This document shows positions 1-10,220 of a stretch of DNA of 64,000 nt, one piece after another (position 1 is the first letter of the stretch; each line of letters starts with the position of its first letter). The notes beneath the pieces were generated by a model. The model saw only the letters and a list, made by a program, of their open reading frames with translations. It was not told where the DNA came from and searched no databases. This stretch comes from an uncultured Alphaproteobacteria bacterium (GTDB taxonomy: Bacteria > Pseudomonadota > Alphaproteobacteria > RF32 > CAG-239): NCBI GenBank assembly GCA_944391405.1, contig CALXTN010000003.1:5587-69586 (forward strand), in the 5' to 3' direction. The position numbers and the translations under genes were made by a program.

Positions 1-178
1 TTCCGGCACGATTTAATTCCACTAATTTTTTATACATTCCTTTTGGAGTATCACCCATAGGTAATCCTAATACAAATGGTTTAGTTGAGGTGGGGCGTGC
101 CCGTTTGATACGATAGGCTATATACGTTGCAGCCCAGTCGGTTACTTCTTCATAGTCGGCTTTTATGATGACACGCAT
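1..178 (-). CDS. nagB: Glucosamine-6-phosphate deaminase, N-terminal part (runs off the window)
   Basis: Not in the ORF track. Manual translation MRVIIKADYEEVTDWAATYIAYRIKRARPTSTKPFVLGLPMGDTPKGMYKKLVELNRAG aligns to the NagB N-terminus (..RPFVLGLPTGGTP..). AGGAG RBS upstream. Confidence 0.88.
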   Translation of the reverse strand, partial: MRVIIKADYEEVTDWAATYIAYRIKRARPTSTKPFVLGLPMGDTPKGMYKKLVELNRAG

Positions 179-251
179 GGCACTTCTCCTTTATATATTC
201 TTTTGTTTTATTGATATACTTTAATATATAGAAACATTAGTAAACTTTTTG

Positions 252-1751
252 CTAATGTTTGTCAACGTACTCGTAGCTTTTTGTTTGGACATTATAGCGG
301 CAATCATAACTTTGATATTCCGGTTTCAAGATATATAAATCATCTCGATTAAGAGGGGTATACATTTCTTGCAACATATGACTGCTAATCCAATGTATCG
401 GATGTACACCTATTTCTCCCCTATACTCCCGATAGGTGTCATAATAATTTTTTCCATAGATTATTTTTGGGCGGTACTTTCTGATTAAACTCTCTAAATC
501 TGATATTGGACGGATGCCTATTGTTGCTGCTATTACGTCTATTTGACCTTTCAAATTCCAGATAAAATCTATATCTTTATTGAATAAATTATATCCTATG
601 CGATAGCCGTTTACAACATAGTCGCATGGATTGGTTAACCTTAACACAAAACCTGATGCTCCGTATTTATAATCATCTCCCACAGTAATACGCTGTCTAT
701 ATATATTCGCATATATTCCGCCTAAAACTATAAAATAGCTCAATACTATATATGAGAACCATTGTTTCTTTTTAATTATCTCTGCAACGAACACTCCGGC
801 CAATGTTGATGCTAATGCATGCAATAATGCAAAATAGTACACAAACGGAGTAAAATAATACATACGTATCAAGTATTCCATAATAAATATTATTGCAAAG
901 GTTTTGACATATACATCCCCATCATAAACATTTTTTACCAAGGCATATATTGCCAATAATATTGGCACAGTCATTTCAAAACTTGGATGGATATAGCGTC
1001 TGGTATAAAAAACATCCGGTATATGTGAATTTAACTCAAAGTTTGCTTTGATGTACATTGTCAATATATCTTCGTAATATAAAAATGCCAAAAACGCTAC
1101 AAATATGAGCAGAGGAATGCTACCACTTATAATACAATCTTTCAATTGTATCTTTTTTTCTCTTATCAGCCATAGAATAATCAAACCTATTCCAATTAGG
1201 ATTAAGGCTGCTTTTTGCGTAAACATAAATGATGCAAAAAAAAGTATTAAGGAAACAAATAAAGATAGTACTCGTTTGTCTCGCATATAACAAAACAGAT
1301 AATATATACCGGCTATTATTGCTGTTGCCATAAAATTATCCGGCTTAAAATCTTTGTTATATAAACTTTCTTGCGGAAGAGCGCAAAATGCCGCTGCCAC
1401 TAAACCACCTATCTTATTTGATAAAAAATCTTTATGCAGGCGATATATATACCACAGCATTAGAAGAAAAACAGTTACAGTCAACATATTAACCGCATCA
1501 ACCGCACGCAAACTGTATTCATAATAACCAACTAAAGGTGCGCCCACATACCACAATAGCGGATTATGATGTTGAAAGAAATCTTTATACGGTAATTTTC
1601 CGTTCCAGACTAACCATGATGTATGTACGTGTTCTAACGTATCTCCATCTCCGGATCCGCTATAAATTATCGTCCAATACAGTAGCCCTCCGCAGAAAAT
1701 TAAATATAATCCTAAAATAGCTTTTATTATATTTTCTTTATTAAAAAGCAT
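252..1751 (-). CDS. Polytopic membrane protein, GT-C (ArnT/PMT-like) glycosyltransferase family
   Basis: Many TM segments, GDxxEHxHxxW..GKxPYxDFFQHHNPLLWY loop, DFKPD motif, soluble C-terminal domain. Start moved to the ATG at 1751 (MLFN), which overlaps the end of the upstream paralogue. Confidence 0.65.
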   Translation of the reverse strand: MLFNKENIIKAILGLYLIFCGGLLYWTIIYSGSGDGDTLEHVHTSWLVWNGKLPYKDFFQHHNPLLWYVGAPLVGYYEYSLRAVDAVNMLTVTVFLLMLWYIYRLHKDFLSNKIGGLVAAAFCALPQESLYNKDFKPDNFMATAIIAGIYYLFCYMRDKRVLSLFVSLILFFASFMFTQKAALILIGIGLIILWLIREKKIQLKDCIISGSIPLLIFVAFLAFLYYEDILTMYIKANFELNSHIPDVFYTRRYIHPSFEMTVPILLAIYALVKNVYDGDVYVKTFAIIFIMEYLIRMYYFTPFVYYFALLHALASTLAGVFVAEIIKKKQWFSYIVLSYFIVLGGIYANIYRQRITVGDDYKYGASGFVLRLTNPCDYVVNGYRIGYNLFNKDIDFIWNLKGQIDVIAATIGIRPISDLESLIRKYRPKIIYGKNYYDTYREYRGEIGVHPIHWISSHMLQEMYTPLNRDDLYILKPEYQSYDCRYNVQTKSYEYVDKH

Positions 1752-3282
1752 TATATATCGGTTCCTTATAAAAATATTCCCAAGTATCTGTCTTTGCATT
1801 ATATCGGCAACGACGTTTTACTTGATATTCCGGTTTTAGTATAAATATATTTACAAATGGTGATTGCATATAGTATCTATCCCTGATTGACGTATCTACC
1901 CAGTGAACTGGAACTTCTATATGTTTCTGCCGAAGTTTTTCATCCCAATATGGTCCGGTATAAATGATACGAGGAAAATCTTTTAGTACAGCTTTATTTA
2001 AATTTGGTAATGGTGCTAGTCCTATCTTATCACCTATTACATCAAGTTGTCCATTTAGGTTCCAATAATAGGTTATATCTTTTGTAAAAATGCCATAAGT
2101 CAGCCCGTATCCATTTAAAACTGAATCGCATCGGTTTGTTTGTTCTAACACATATTTGGGAGTTACATATCTGAAATAATTTGGTGGTAATTTTTTTTCT
2201 GCACAATATAAGCAAAATACATACACCCCCATCAACGACAAGGCTGCAAAAATATATGCTGTCCAATTCCAGCGATTGATAATCTTGCCTGCAAAACCAC
2301 CCACCATTATGCCATTTAAAATTTGCATTTGATAATAGTAATGTCTGTCTAGAGAAAAGTAGAAAAAGCGTTGTATAGCTTCTGCTAACCATAATAGACA
2401 TATTATTCTTGAGCAAGTATTACCTCGGTATAGAAAATATCCTAACGATATAAAAGATATGGCACTTACCACGTAAAATTCTATTTTTGTTTTTTCAACA
2501 TTTCCACCGTATACTTCAGGTATATATAAATTAAAAATATAATTAGAAAGCCAATATTGCTCAAATATATTGTGATAGAATAGCCAACAAAGAAAAATTA
2601 TACTTCCAGTTATAGGTAAAATAAGAGCCTTAACAAAATCTTTTTTTTCTATGTTTTTCGCATATAATTGATATATTAACACGGCCCCAACAAACACTAG
2701 CAGAAAAATCACTTTTTGCATAAATAAAAAAGAAATAAACAAACTTAAAAAAGATATAACCAAATTTTTTGTTTGTTTATTTTCCAAATACAGCAGAAGA
2801 TAATATACTCCCAGCATAAAGGTAAATACCATATAGTTATCTGGTCGAAAGTCTTCTCCACTAAAGGTGACATAAGATGGAAAAATTGATGCTACACCGA
2901 TTATGGCTGCATACCAATTATTTATCATAAAGCGACGAACCATTAATGCCACTATCCAGAGGCTACCAAACATTACTAATGTGGAAATGATTCTTACAAC
3001 ATCAAATAAAAATATATCATACGCCAAATATCCCACTAAGGGCGCAAATAAATACCATAATAACGGATTATGATGTTGAAAAAAATCCAGATACGGAACT
3101 TTCCCTATATAAATCAACCAAGTTGAATGCATATGCTCTATATCATCTCCTGTTTCAGGCTGATGATTATACAGCACCCAAAATGCCGCACCGACACCAA
3201 ATAAAATTTGTAGTATAAAATATATTTTCGGCAATATGCTTATTACCGTTTTTTGTGCTCTCTCCTCAGTCAGTTCAGACAT
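1741..3282 (-). CDS. GT-C (ArnT/PMT-like) glycosyltransferase, paralogue of 252..1751
   Basis: Same EHMHSTWL..PYLDFFQHHNPLLWY and DFRPD motifs. GGAGG RBS. Confidence 0.65.
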   Translation of the reverse strand: MSELTEERAQKTVISILPKIYFILQILFGVGAAFWVLYNHQPETGDDIEHMHSTWLIYIGKVPYLDFFQHHNPLLWYLFAPLVGYLAYDIFLFDVVRIISTLVMFGSLWIVALMVRRFMINNWYAAIIGVASIFPSYVTFSGEDFRPDNYMVFTFMLGVYYLLLYLENKQTKNLVISFLSLFISFLFMQKVIFLLVFVGAVLIYQLYAKNIEKKDFVKALILPITGSIIFLCWLFYHNIFEQYWLSNYIFNLYIPEVYGGNVEKTKIEFYVVSAISFISLGYFLYRGNTCSRIICLLWLAEAIQRFFYFSLDRHYYYQMQILNGIMVGGFAGKIINRWNWTAYIFAALSLMGVYVFCLYCAEKKLPPNYFRYVTPKYVLEQTNRCDSVLNGYGLTYGIFTKDITYYWNLNGQLDVIGDKIGLAPLPNLNKAVLKDFPRIIYTGPYWDEKLRQKHIEVPVHWVDTSIRDRYYMQSPFVNIFILKPEYQVKRRCRYNAKTDTWEYFYKEPIYNAF

Positions 3283-3322
3283 CCATCCTCCCTTGAGTTT
3301 ATTATTTTATAAAGAGTATATC

Positions 3323-4294
3323 TTATGCTTCTTCTGACGAAGTTCCGCTATTTGAAGGGTTATCTTCTGATGGAATTACATCCGGCAGCATACCAATTGC
3401 TTTTTTACGCTTCAATTTATTTACAAACTTAATAGAGCGTTGAGCATCCCACTTTTTCTTTCCTTCTTCTCTTTGGAAAATATGCTTATATATTTCTATT
3501 GCTTGATCAAATTCTGATAACTTAGTCAAACAAGATGCTAACCCGTCATAAAGTTTATGATGATAACGTCCATCTACTAAATTTTTAGCCTTATTATAGC
3601 ATTTTAGAGCATCTTTGAACTTAAACATTTTTTGATATACAAAACCAATACTAATCCATGCTTGGATTTCTGTACTGTCTATATTTAAAATTTTCGTAAA
3701 GCACTTCAGAGCCGAATCGTTATCCCCCATCAACTGATAGGTCACGCCGATACCGTTCCATGCTTTTACATTTGATTTATCTAACGCTAAAACTTTTTTG
3801 AAGTACCCGATAGCCCTTTCATATTGTTTTAATTTTTGTAAAGTAACCGCGATACTAAGTAATGTTTGCGGATGCTTCGGATCTACCTGGTAGGCTTGTT
3901 GTAAAACATCAAGAGCTTCTTTAAATAAGAACATGTGTTGTAAAGCAATAGCCTTACCATTCAAGGCTTCTAAAGATGTCGGATCATTTGCATAAGCTTC
4001 CTCAAAGCAAGTAATTGCTTCTTTGTAGCGCCCACGCATACTTAATGTTACCCCCTTATTGTTAAGTACTTCCACTGATTTCGGATTGATTGCTAAAGCC
4101 TTATCAAAGCATTCTACAGCTTCTGTGTATTTACTCATCTTCTGATAAGCAAAACCTTTTGAATTTATAGCTTTCCATGAATCGGGCTGTTGAGCCAAAA
4201 ACTCATCAAACTGAGCAATCGCTTCTCTACACATTCCTGAATCTAAAAGTTCCTGCCCTCTTTTATAGGCATTATTATCACTTAACTTAACCAT
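3323..4294 (-). CDS. Tetratricopeptide-repeat protein
   Basis: About eight 34-aa TPRs (e.g. AINSKGFAYQKMSKYTEAVECFDKALAINP). Confidence 0.9.
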   Translation of the reverse strand: MVKLSDNNAYKRGQELLDSGMCREAIAQFDEFLAQQPDSWKAINSKGFAYQKMSKYTEAVECFDKALAINPKSVEVLNNKGVTLSMRGRYKEAITCFEEAYANDPTSLEALNGKAIALQHMFLFKEALDVLQQAYQVDPKHPQTLLSIAVTLQKLKQYERAIGYFKKVLALDKSNVKAWNGIGVTYQLMGDNDSALKCFTKILNIDSTEIQAWISIGFVYQKMFKFKDALKCYNKAKNLVDGRYHHKLYDGLASCLTKLSEFDQAIEIYKHIFQREEGKKKWDAQRSIKFVNKLKRKKAIGMLPDVIPSEDNPSNSGTSSEEA

Positions 4295-4430
4295 ATTCTT
4301 TCTCTACATAGTTTTACAAAATAATTCATTGCGCATTATATGGTTACTTTTTTGTCTTTGTCAAGATAAAAAAACACATAACTTCTGTTCATTAGCCTAT
4401 TTTCACCTTAAGTTTTTTAAGCACCAACTG

Positions 4431-4509
4431 TTGACAAAAAATATTTTTGACAATATATTTTGCATCCTTATCATTAACTTTATGTTTCATTATTAAATTT
4501 TTTATCATT
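4431..4509 (+). promoter_or_regulatory. Sigma70-type promoter and conserved leader with mini-ORF MFHY* (4482..4496)
   Basis: TTGACA(4431)-17-TATATT, then ATG TTT CAT TAT TAA, 13 nt, main ATG. No SD. Confidence 0.7.
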
Positions 4510-6291
4510 ATGGAAAAAACAAACATTTGCAAACTTTCTTTTTGGAAGAAACATGCTCTGTTGCGTCAATTGAAAAAAAATCCAGCTTCCGTTCCTCTAC
4601 AGTATCAAGCAGCTTTATTGGATGCGGTATCAACAAAGACTTTTAAGAATTACTATTCTGATTTTTCTAAGTTCGCACCTGAAGCTTTTGATGTTCTTTT
4701 GGAACCGCGTAACAAAGAGAAATTTAAGTATTGTAAATTCTTGAACTTTGAGCCAACTCAACTTGCTCAAGAATTTGTTCAAAAAGGAACTGATGAACAG
4801 GTGCTTGATGTGTTGGAAACCCACTGTTGCACATTGGGGCATGTTCTTTTGGAGCGTTCTTCTGAATTGTTTGAAAGATATGTCCGCCGAATGGAAACCA
4901 TTCCTTTAAATTTATGGAAGGAAATCATCAAACAAAAACGGGAAGATTTGATTTTGATGTTTCTTAAATTCAGAAACCAAGATAATGTCTTATCCGAACA
5001 GTATGTGAATGCTCTTTTTGATTCTGCTTTGGAGAAGGGAATTCAGGCTTACTTGGAACAAAATTCTGTTTTTGGATTATCCAGAGTGAGCTTGTATATA
5101 TTGAAATCAGGCGATTTTACCCTTTGCAAAAAGTTGCTTGAAAATAATCCATTAACATCTGCTGCAGAATATAATCAGTTGTTTAAGCTTAATCAACCGG
5201 AGCTTATTTTGATACTAGTCCAAAAAATGCTTCAGGCTGATGAAGATATTGCTTATGAGGTTCCAGTTGATTTTGAGGTTGCTCTTATTGATAGCGGTGC
5301 CACAGAAGCCATTAAGCTTTATATGCAAAAAAATGAACTTGATTATGGAGCTACTTTCTGTCTCTTTGAAACCGGAAATGAGGAACTTATACGTTTCTAT
5401 TTGGAATCAGATCACTTTAAGGAGTGTCAAAAATTTCCAGTTGATGCGGCGGCTATGTGTCTTTTTTCCGGAAACAACACCAGTCTGCAATGGTGCTACA
5501 AAAGTAAATTCGGTCTGCCTTATCAGTTGGAACGTCAGTTGATAGTTTCTCAACAGGATGCTCTATCTGACTATATCTGCGCTTATGAGCTATATCCTTT
5601 GAATGCGGCACTGTTAATGGAAAAAGGACCTATTGACGATGCGATTGCATATTTCCAAAAGTATCCGTTACCGAGTATTGCAGAGGTTGCTTTGTTCAAA
5701 AACAGTAGCGACAATTTGCGCAAAGCGTACATTGATTTTTTGCTCGAAAAGCAAACTCTTGTTTGTGAAGCTGCGGAAAAGTATTTTGTTAAATTTGCTC
5801 CTCAAAAGAAATTGATGACTTATTTGCAAAATAATGCTCAATCTCCTCTTAAAAGTGTGGATGGTGAAATTGCTTTGTTAAAGCGAGAGGATGCTGAGTT
5901 GTGCCATTTTTATGTTAAAAAATTTGGTTTTAAAACTCAAGCGCTTGTTTCTTTCATTCAATGCGGTTCGGTTGATTTTATCAAATCTATTTTCGAAAAT
6001 TATCTGCTGCCAGACGAAGTTTTAAGCGCCTTGATTGACAGCGGCAGAAACTCTTTGATGATTAAATTCTTCAAAGAATCTGACTTGGATAAAGAACTAG
6101 AACTCAAACTAATCCATTCCGATTTTTCTAAAAACGAAAAGGCCGTTTGTTTCTATCTGGATAAGTATGATTTGCTTGATGATAATGAAGTTGAGTTAAT
6201 TAAACTCAACAACAAAAAAATGATTGAGGTATATTTGGCCAAACATTCTCTTTCAGAGAAAGCAACACAATTATATGCCTCTATGTATTAG
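4510..6291 (+). CDS. ~26-aa helical-repeat protein, family member 1
   Basis: Recurrent LSxxAExxL[FI]xxxNxELIxxYLxx[HY] repeats. Start at ATG 4510 chosen by analogy with the paralogue leaders. Confidence 0.8.
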   Translation: MEKTNICKLSFWKKHALLRQLKKNPASVPLQYQAALLDAVSTKTFKNYYSDFSKFAPEAFDVLLEPRNKEKFKYCKFLNFEPTQLAQEFVQKGTDEQVLDVLETHCCTLGHVLLERSSELFERYVRRMETIPLNLWKEIIKQKREDLILMFLKFRNQDNVLSEQYVNALFDSALEKGIQAYLEQNSVFGLSRVSLYILKSGDFTLCKKLLENNPLTSAAEYNQLFKLNQPELILILVQKMLQADEDIAYEVPVDFEVALIDSGATEAIKLYMQKNELDYGATFCLFETGNEELIRFYLESDHFKECQKFPVDAAAMCLFSGNNTSLQWCYKSKFGLPYQLERQLIVSQQDALSDYICAYELYPLNAALLMEKGPIDDAIAYFQKYPLPSIAEVALFKNSSDNLRKAYIDFLLEKQTLVCEAAEKYFVKFAPQKKLMTYLQNNAQSPLKSVDGEIALLKREDAELCHFYVKKFGFKTQALVSFIQCGSVDFIKSIFENYLLPDEVLSALIDSGRNSLMIKFFKESDLDKELELKLIHSDFSKNEKAVCFYLDKYDLLDDNEVELIKLNNKKMIEVYLAKHSLSEKATQLYASMY

Positions 6292-6307
6292 CCTTTGCAA
6301 CTTATTC

Positions 6308-6340
6308 AAACTGCTTCCGATTTTTCGGAGGCAGTTTTTT
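6308..6340 (+). terminator. Rho-independent terminator
   Basis: aaactgcttccga-tttt-tcggaggcagttt plus U-tract. Confidence 0.85.
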
Positions 6341-6341
6341 G

Positions 6342-6416
6342 TTGACTCAAATGTTTTTTGGTTTACGATTTGTTTAAATTATTAATTTTATGTCTTACTA
6401 TTAATTTTTATTTATT
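6342..6416 (+). promoter_or_regulatory. Sigma70-type promoter and leader with mini-ORF MSYY* (6390..6404)
   Basis: TTGACT-16-TACGAT, then ATG TCT TAC TAT TAA, 12 nt, main ATG. Confidence 0.7.
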
Positions 6417-8192
6417 ATGCGTACCAATCAATTAAAAACGCCTTCTCTCCTAGAAACTTGGAGACAGGTCTTGCTTTTTCTGATTTTTCACAAAGAAATT
6501 GCTCCTCAATATCATTCTCAAATGGTTTTGCTCCATGGTTGTTCAAAGAAATCTCTTTTTCTGTATGTGAAAAATTTTCCGCTAACGGATGAAGCTTTGA
6601 TGCTATTGTTTCAAAAAGCTGATAAAGGCTTTCTTCAAAAATTTTTATCTCATTATTTTTGGGATTTTCCACAAAATGGCGAACAAATTCTTTTAGACAG
6701 ATTTGGGCTCGATTTTCTGATAGACAATTTAAAATGGACGTTGTCTACAAAAACAGAGTTAAATTTACTGCAACTGGAAAATGCTGAGCTGATTGGAAAA
6801 TACACTAATCAATGTACTTTTACTCCTGAGGCAGAGTTGGAATTTTTTAAGAAACCTTTTCCTGATTTACAGAAAGCTTATGCCGAAAAAAATGATTTAT
6901 GTGATAAAACAGAGAATTTTTTACTTGAAACGAAAAACTTTGAATTGCTATCTATTCATCTTATTAAATTTGGTTTGAAGGATGATGTGGTTGAAACTTT
7001 TTATCGTAACGCTCCTGATGATTTGGTTTTGACATACTTAAGTGAAGTATCCAGTTATCCTTCCGATAAAGAGTTTAAAACTCTTTTATCCAGATCCATT
7101 ACAGATTTTATCAAACAAATTGTCTTAAGATTTGATGATATAAATTACCGTCATTTAAAGATGTTGTTAAAATCTAAACGCTCCAATTTAGTGAGAGCAT
7201 ATTTGGAACAAAAAGCTGAACAAAAATCTTCTCTATCCAATACGGTTTGGAGAAGTTTGTTTGATGTTCCTGATTTTGAGGTTCCCCTTCAATTTGCCTT
7301 AAAGCATTTTGATTTGCCTGAGGAATTTGAGGTCCGCTTATTTAAAGCGCAACTTTTGGATTTATTGGAATACTATACTCAAAATCATGCTTTTCAAAAT
7401 TGGGGATTTCCGATGTTGCTTGCTTTAGGTAAACGAGATCTTTTGTTGAACTATTTGACTTTTCATCAACTTTCTTGGGGAGATGAGTGCTTGTTAATTG
7501 AGCAAAATGACAAAGAACTAATTGATTGTTATCTTAAGAAACATTCCTTTAGTTCGTATGCTCAAGCGATTAGAATAAAAACTGCAGGCTTTTCAAATGC
7601 TCTGGCTATTGTCAAAACGCTTGATAAGTTTGACGACTTTATTCTTGATGCTTTATTTTATCATAATGAAGAAGAGTTGTGGGAAGTTTATCTCTCTCAT
7701 TGTAACTACCATTTTAGAGAAGATTTGTTAATTAAATTTTTTGAACGTGCCAATGTTGATGTGATTATCAACTACCTTTCTTATTATTTAATTGACGGAA
7801 AACTTTCTTTGAAATTGGCTAACAACAAATTAGAAGATGAACTCTATTTCACGTTGTACAAACGACAAAATGAAAAGATTACAGGCTTTTTGTTACAACA
7901 CTCATCTCTTATATCTATTCGTGATTGTTGGTTTATTCGTTATGCTTCTTATGATTTTATCAAGCAATTCTTAGAGAATTTGTTTGATAAGAATATTGAG
8001 CTTTCCGCTGAGGCTGAAAAAGAATTAATTTGCAGAAAATATGAAGATTTATTGCAGCTTTATTTCGCTCATTATTCTTTGTACCAAGAAAATCTTGTTT
8101 TTCTAGCGCATTTGCTTTCTCCGGAACTTATGAGAGATTATCTCTTAAGCCATAGAGAAGACAAAGACTTAATTCAAAAACTGTTATCTTAG
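6417..8192 (+). CDS. ~26-aa helical-repeat protein, family member 2
   Basis: Repeats such as LSAEAEKELICRKYEDLLQLYFAHYS. N-terminal LHGCSKKSL is shared with member 3. Confidence 0.8.
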   Translation: MRTNQLKTPSLLETWRQVLLFLIFHKEIAPQYHSQMVLLHGCSKKSLFLYVKNFPLTDEALMLLFQKADKGFLQKFLSHYFWDFPQNGEQILLDRFGLDFLIDNLKWTLSTKTELNLLQLENAELIGKYTNQCTFTPEAELEFFKKPFPDLQKAYAEKNDLCDKTENFLLETKNFELLSIHLIKFGLKDDVVETFYRNAPDDLVLTYLSEVSSYPSDKEFKTLLSRSITDFIKQIVLRFDDINYRHLKMLLKSKRSNLVRAYLEQKAEQKSSLSNTVWRSLFDVPDFEVPLQFALKHFDLPEEFEVRLFKAQLLDLLEYYTQNHAFQNWGFPMLLALGKRDLLLNYLTFHQLSWGDECLLIEQNDKELIDCYLKKHSFSSYAQAIRIKTAGFSNALAIVKTLDKFDDFILDALFYHNEEELWEVYLSHCNYHFREDLLIKFFERANVDVIINYLSYYLIDGKLSLKLANNKLEDELYFTLYKRQNEKITGFLLQHSSLISIRDCWFIRYASYDFIKQFLENLFDKNIELSAEAEKELICRKYEDLLQLYFAHYSLYQENLVFLAHLLSPELMRDYLLSHREDKDLIQKLLS

Positions 8193-8202
8193 TTTCTTAA
8201 CT

Positions 8203-8232
8203 GCCTTTCCTACTTTGAGGAAAGGCTTTTTT
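8203..8232 (+). terminator. Rho-independent terminator
   Basis: gcctttcct-actttg-aggaaaggc-tttttt. Confidence 0.85.
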
Positions 8233-8244
8233 ATTTTCCTTTTA

Positions 8245-8319
8245 TTGACAAAAAATTTTTTTTAGTTTAGGCTTACCGTACTTTTATAATTTTATGTTTC
8301 ACTATTAATTTTTATCATT
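8245..8319 (+). promoter_or_regulatory. Sigma70-type promoter and leader with mini-ORF MFHY* (8294..8308)
   Basis: TTGACA-17-TAGGCT, then ATG TTT CAC TAT TAA, 11 nt, main ATG. Confidence 0.7.
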
Positions 8320-10098
8320 ATGGGAAAAGAAGTTAAAAGGTCTTCTGTTTGGGCAACCAGACTTGAAGTATGGAAATTTTTGCGAATGTATCAAAAAGAT
8401 CAGTATTATGAAATTGATCCCAAACATCATTTGAATATGATGGAACTAAGAGGTTGTTCTAAAAAGGCACTCGCTCTGTATTTAGAATGTAATCATGCAA
8501 TCTCCGAGGATGTTATTCTGTTTTTATTGAAAAAGAAAAATACGGAGATGCTTCAATTCTGGGCTGAACATGCAAAAAATGTTTCTCTATCTCCAGAAAC
8601 TGAGAAAGCTGTTGTGGCAAAATTTGGTTTTGATGTATTGCTTAAAAACAATATTCATCTATCAGAGAAATCTACATTAAAATTTTTGCAGGGAAAGAAC
8701 TTGTCGCGTCTTCCTACGTCGTATTTACGTTGTTTGACATTTTCACCAAACACAGAAGAAACTCTGCTTACGTTGAAAAATTCAGAACTTGCTTGTTCCT
8801 ATCTTTGTGAGCACAAGGTTAATGACTGTAATCAGCATCTCATTCTTCTTTATGATGATCCTGATGTGTATAAAGCTTTTGCGCGACATAATTCCTTTGA
8901 AGATATATTGGAGGATATTATTAAGACAAAATCTTTGGAAATTTCCAAAATTGCTTTGTTGAATACACCGGATCTACCTGTTGAAATTGAGAAAATTTTG
9001 GTTGATACTAATAACTTACCTCTATTAGAGTTTTGTATTAATCATATTAAATTTTCTGATGAACTCATTGATTATTTAGCACAGCACGCATCTGATGAAG
9101 TTTTTGAAACTTATGCCAGACATGAAGATTTCTCTGATATAGACAGTCGTGATAGCGTTTATCAAAGGCTTTTTGAACCTAGGCATTTAGAACTTCTTAA
9201 AGAACATTTACAGGAATATAATGTTCCCGGTAAATTTGAAATTCGTTTGCTTGAAAGTGGCAATAAAGATTTGATTGATCTTTATTTTCAAGATAGTTTT
9301 GAACTCTCTCCTGAAGCAAAAGCTTGGCTTATGGAACACCAACAATCTGAGCATGCCGCAAAATTGCTTGATCATGTTGATAATTTGGGCTATTTAGGAG
9401 AAATTTCCTTATTTAAATCCGGTGATGATGTGAAAATCAAACATTACATTAATTCTCACTCTCTTAATATTATCTCTGATGCCGCTTTGTTTAAATTTGC
9501 TTCTTCTCAGCTATTAAAAGAGCATTTAAATTCGTGGGTTCCCAGTGATTTAGCTCAAATAGCTCTCATTAAGAGACATGATTTGGAACTTTTAAAACTT
9601 CTTTGGACTGATGACTTTGAGTTTGATGATGTTCCTTTGAGAATTTTCTTAAACGAAGCTGATGATGATACAATCTTGATGTATCTTCAATATTTGGCGG
9701 CTAACTATGAAGATTTTTCTCTTGGTTCTGATTCTGACGAGTCCGAGAATTCTTTGCCTCTAAGCGAAATTTTGCATCAAAGACACTTGGATAAATCCGC
9801 AATGTTCTTTGTTTCAAACACTTCTCTTACAGAAGCTGATGAATGTGCTTTGGCTGCTTATGGCTCAAAAGAAGTTATTCAAACTTATCTTAAGGAACAT
9901 GATTTGTGTTCAGAAGCTGAAAAATTATTGCTTTGTCGTGGAGATATAGAGCTTGTTCGGCAATATATTTCTGAGAACGAACTTTATAGCGATAATGAAC
10001 AATATCTATTTGTTTTTGATGATTGGGATTTGATAAACTTCTATCAGGAAAAACACAGTTTTTCTGACAGCGATGTTACTGAAGCTCTGGATAATTAA
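8320..10098 (+). CDS. ~26-aa helical-repeat protein, family member 3 (very acidic)
   Basis: Repeats such as LCSEAEKLLLCRGDIELVRQYISENE. LRGCSKKAL N-terminal motif. Confidence 0.8.
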   Translation: MGKEVKRSSVWATRLEVWKFLRMYQKDQYYEIDPKHHLNMMELRGCSKKALALYLECNHAISEDVILFLLKKKNTEMLQFWAEHAKNVSLSPETEKAVVAKFGFDVLLKNNIHLSEKSTLKFLQGKNLSRLPTSYLRCLTFSPNTEETLLTLKNSELACSYLCEHKVNDCNQHLILLYDDPDVYKAFARHNSFEDILEDIIKTKSLEISKIALLNTPDLPVEIEKILVDTNNLPLLEFCINHIKFSDELIDYLAQHASDEVFETYARHEDFSDIDSRDSVYQRLFEPRHLELLKEHLQEYNVPGKFEIRLLESGNKDLIDLYFQDSFELSPEAKAWLMEHQQSEHAAKLLDHVDNLGYLGEISLFKSGDDVKIKHYINSHSLNIISDAALFKFASSQLLKEHLNSWVPSDLAQIALIKRHDLELLKLLWTDDFEFDDVPLRIFLNEADDDTILMYLQYLAANYEDFSLGSDSDESENSLPLSEILHQRHLDKSAMFFVSNTSLTEADECALAAYGSKEVIQTYLKEHDLCSEAEKLLLCRGDIELVRQYISENELYSDNEQYLFVFDDWDLINFYQEKHSFSDSDVTEALDN

Positions 10099-10110
10099 AC
10101 TTCTTTTTTT

Positions 10111-10145
10111 AAAGACTCCCCCTTTATTGGTGGGAGTCTTTTTTT
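10111..10145 (+). terminator. Rho-independent terminator
   Basis: aaagactccc..gggagtcttt plus U-tract. Confidence 0.85.
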
Positions 10146-10220
10146 GACAATATTCCTTTTTCTCACTACTCTTTTGCGCAGTTAAGTAATTTTATGTTTC
10201 ATCATTAAAATTTTATATCT
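10144..10220 (+). promoter_or_regulatory. Sigma70-type promoter and leader with mini-ORF MFHH* (10194..10208)
   Basis: TTGACA-17-TACTCT, then ATG TTT CAT CAT TAA, 12 nt, ATG at 10221. Confidence 0.7.

Noticed and set aside
1752-1799. N-terminal extension of the 515-aa ORF
   Set aside because: It overlaps the upstream paralogue by 59 nt; ATG 1751 gives a normal short overlap.
4447-4509. ORF-track TTG start of the 614-aa ORF
   Set aside because: It lies in the promoter and leader; the paralogue leaders point to ATG 4510.
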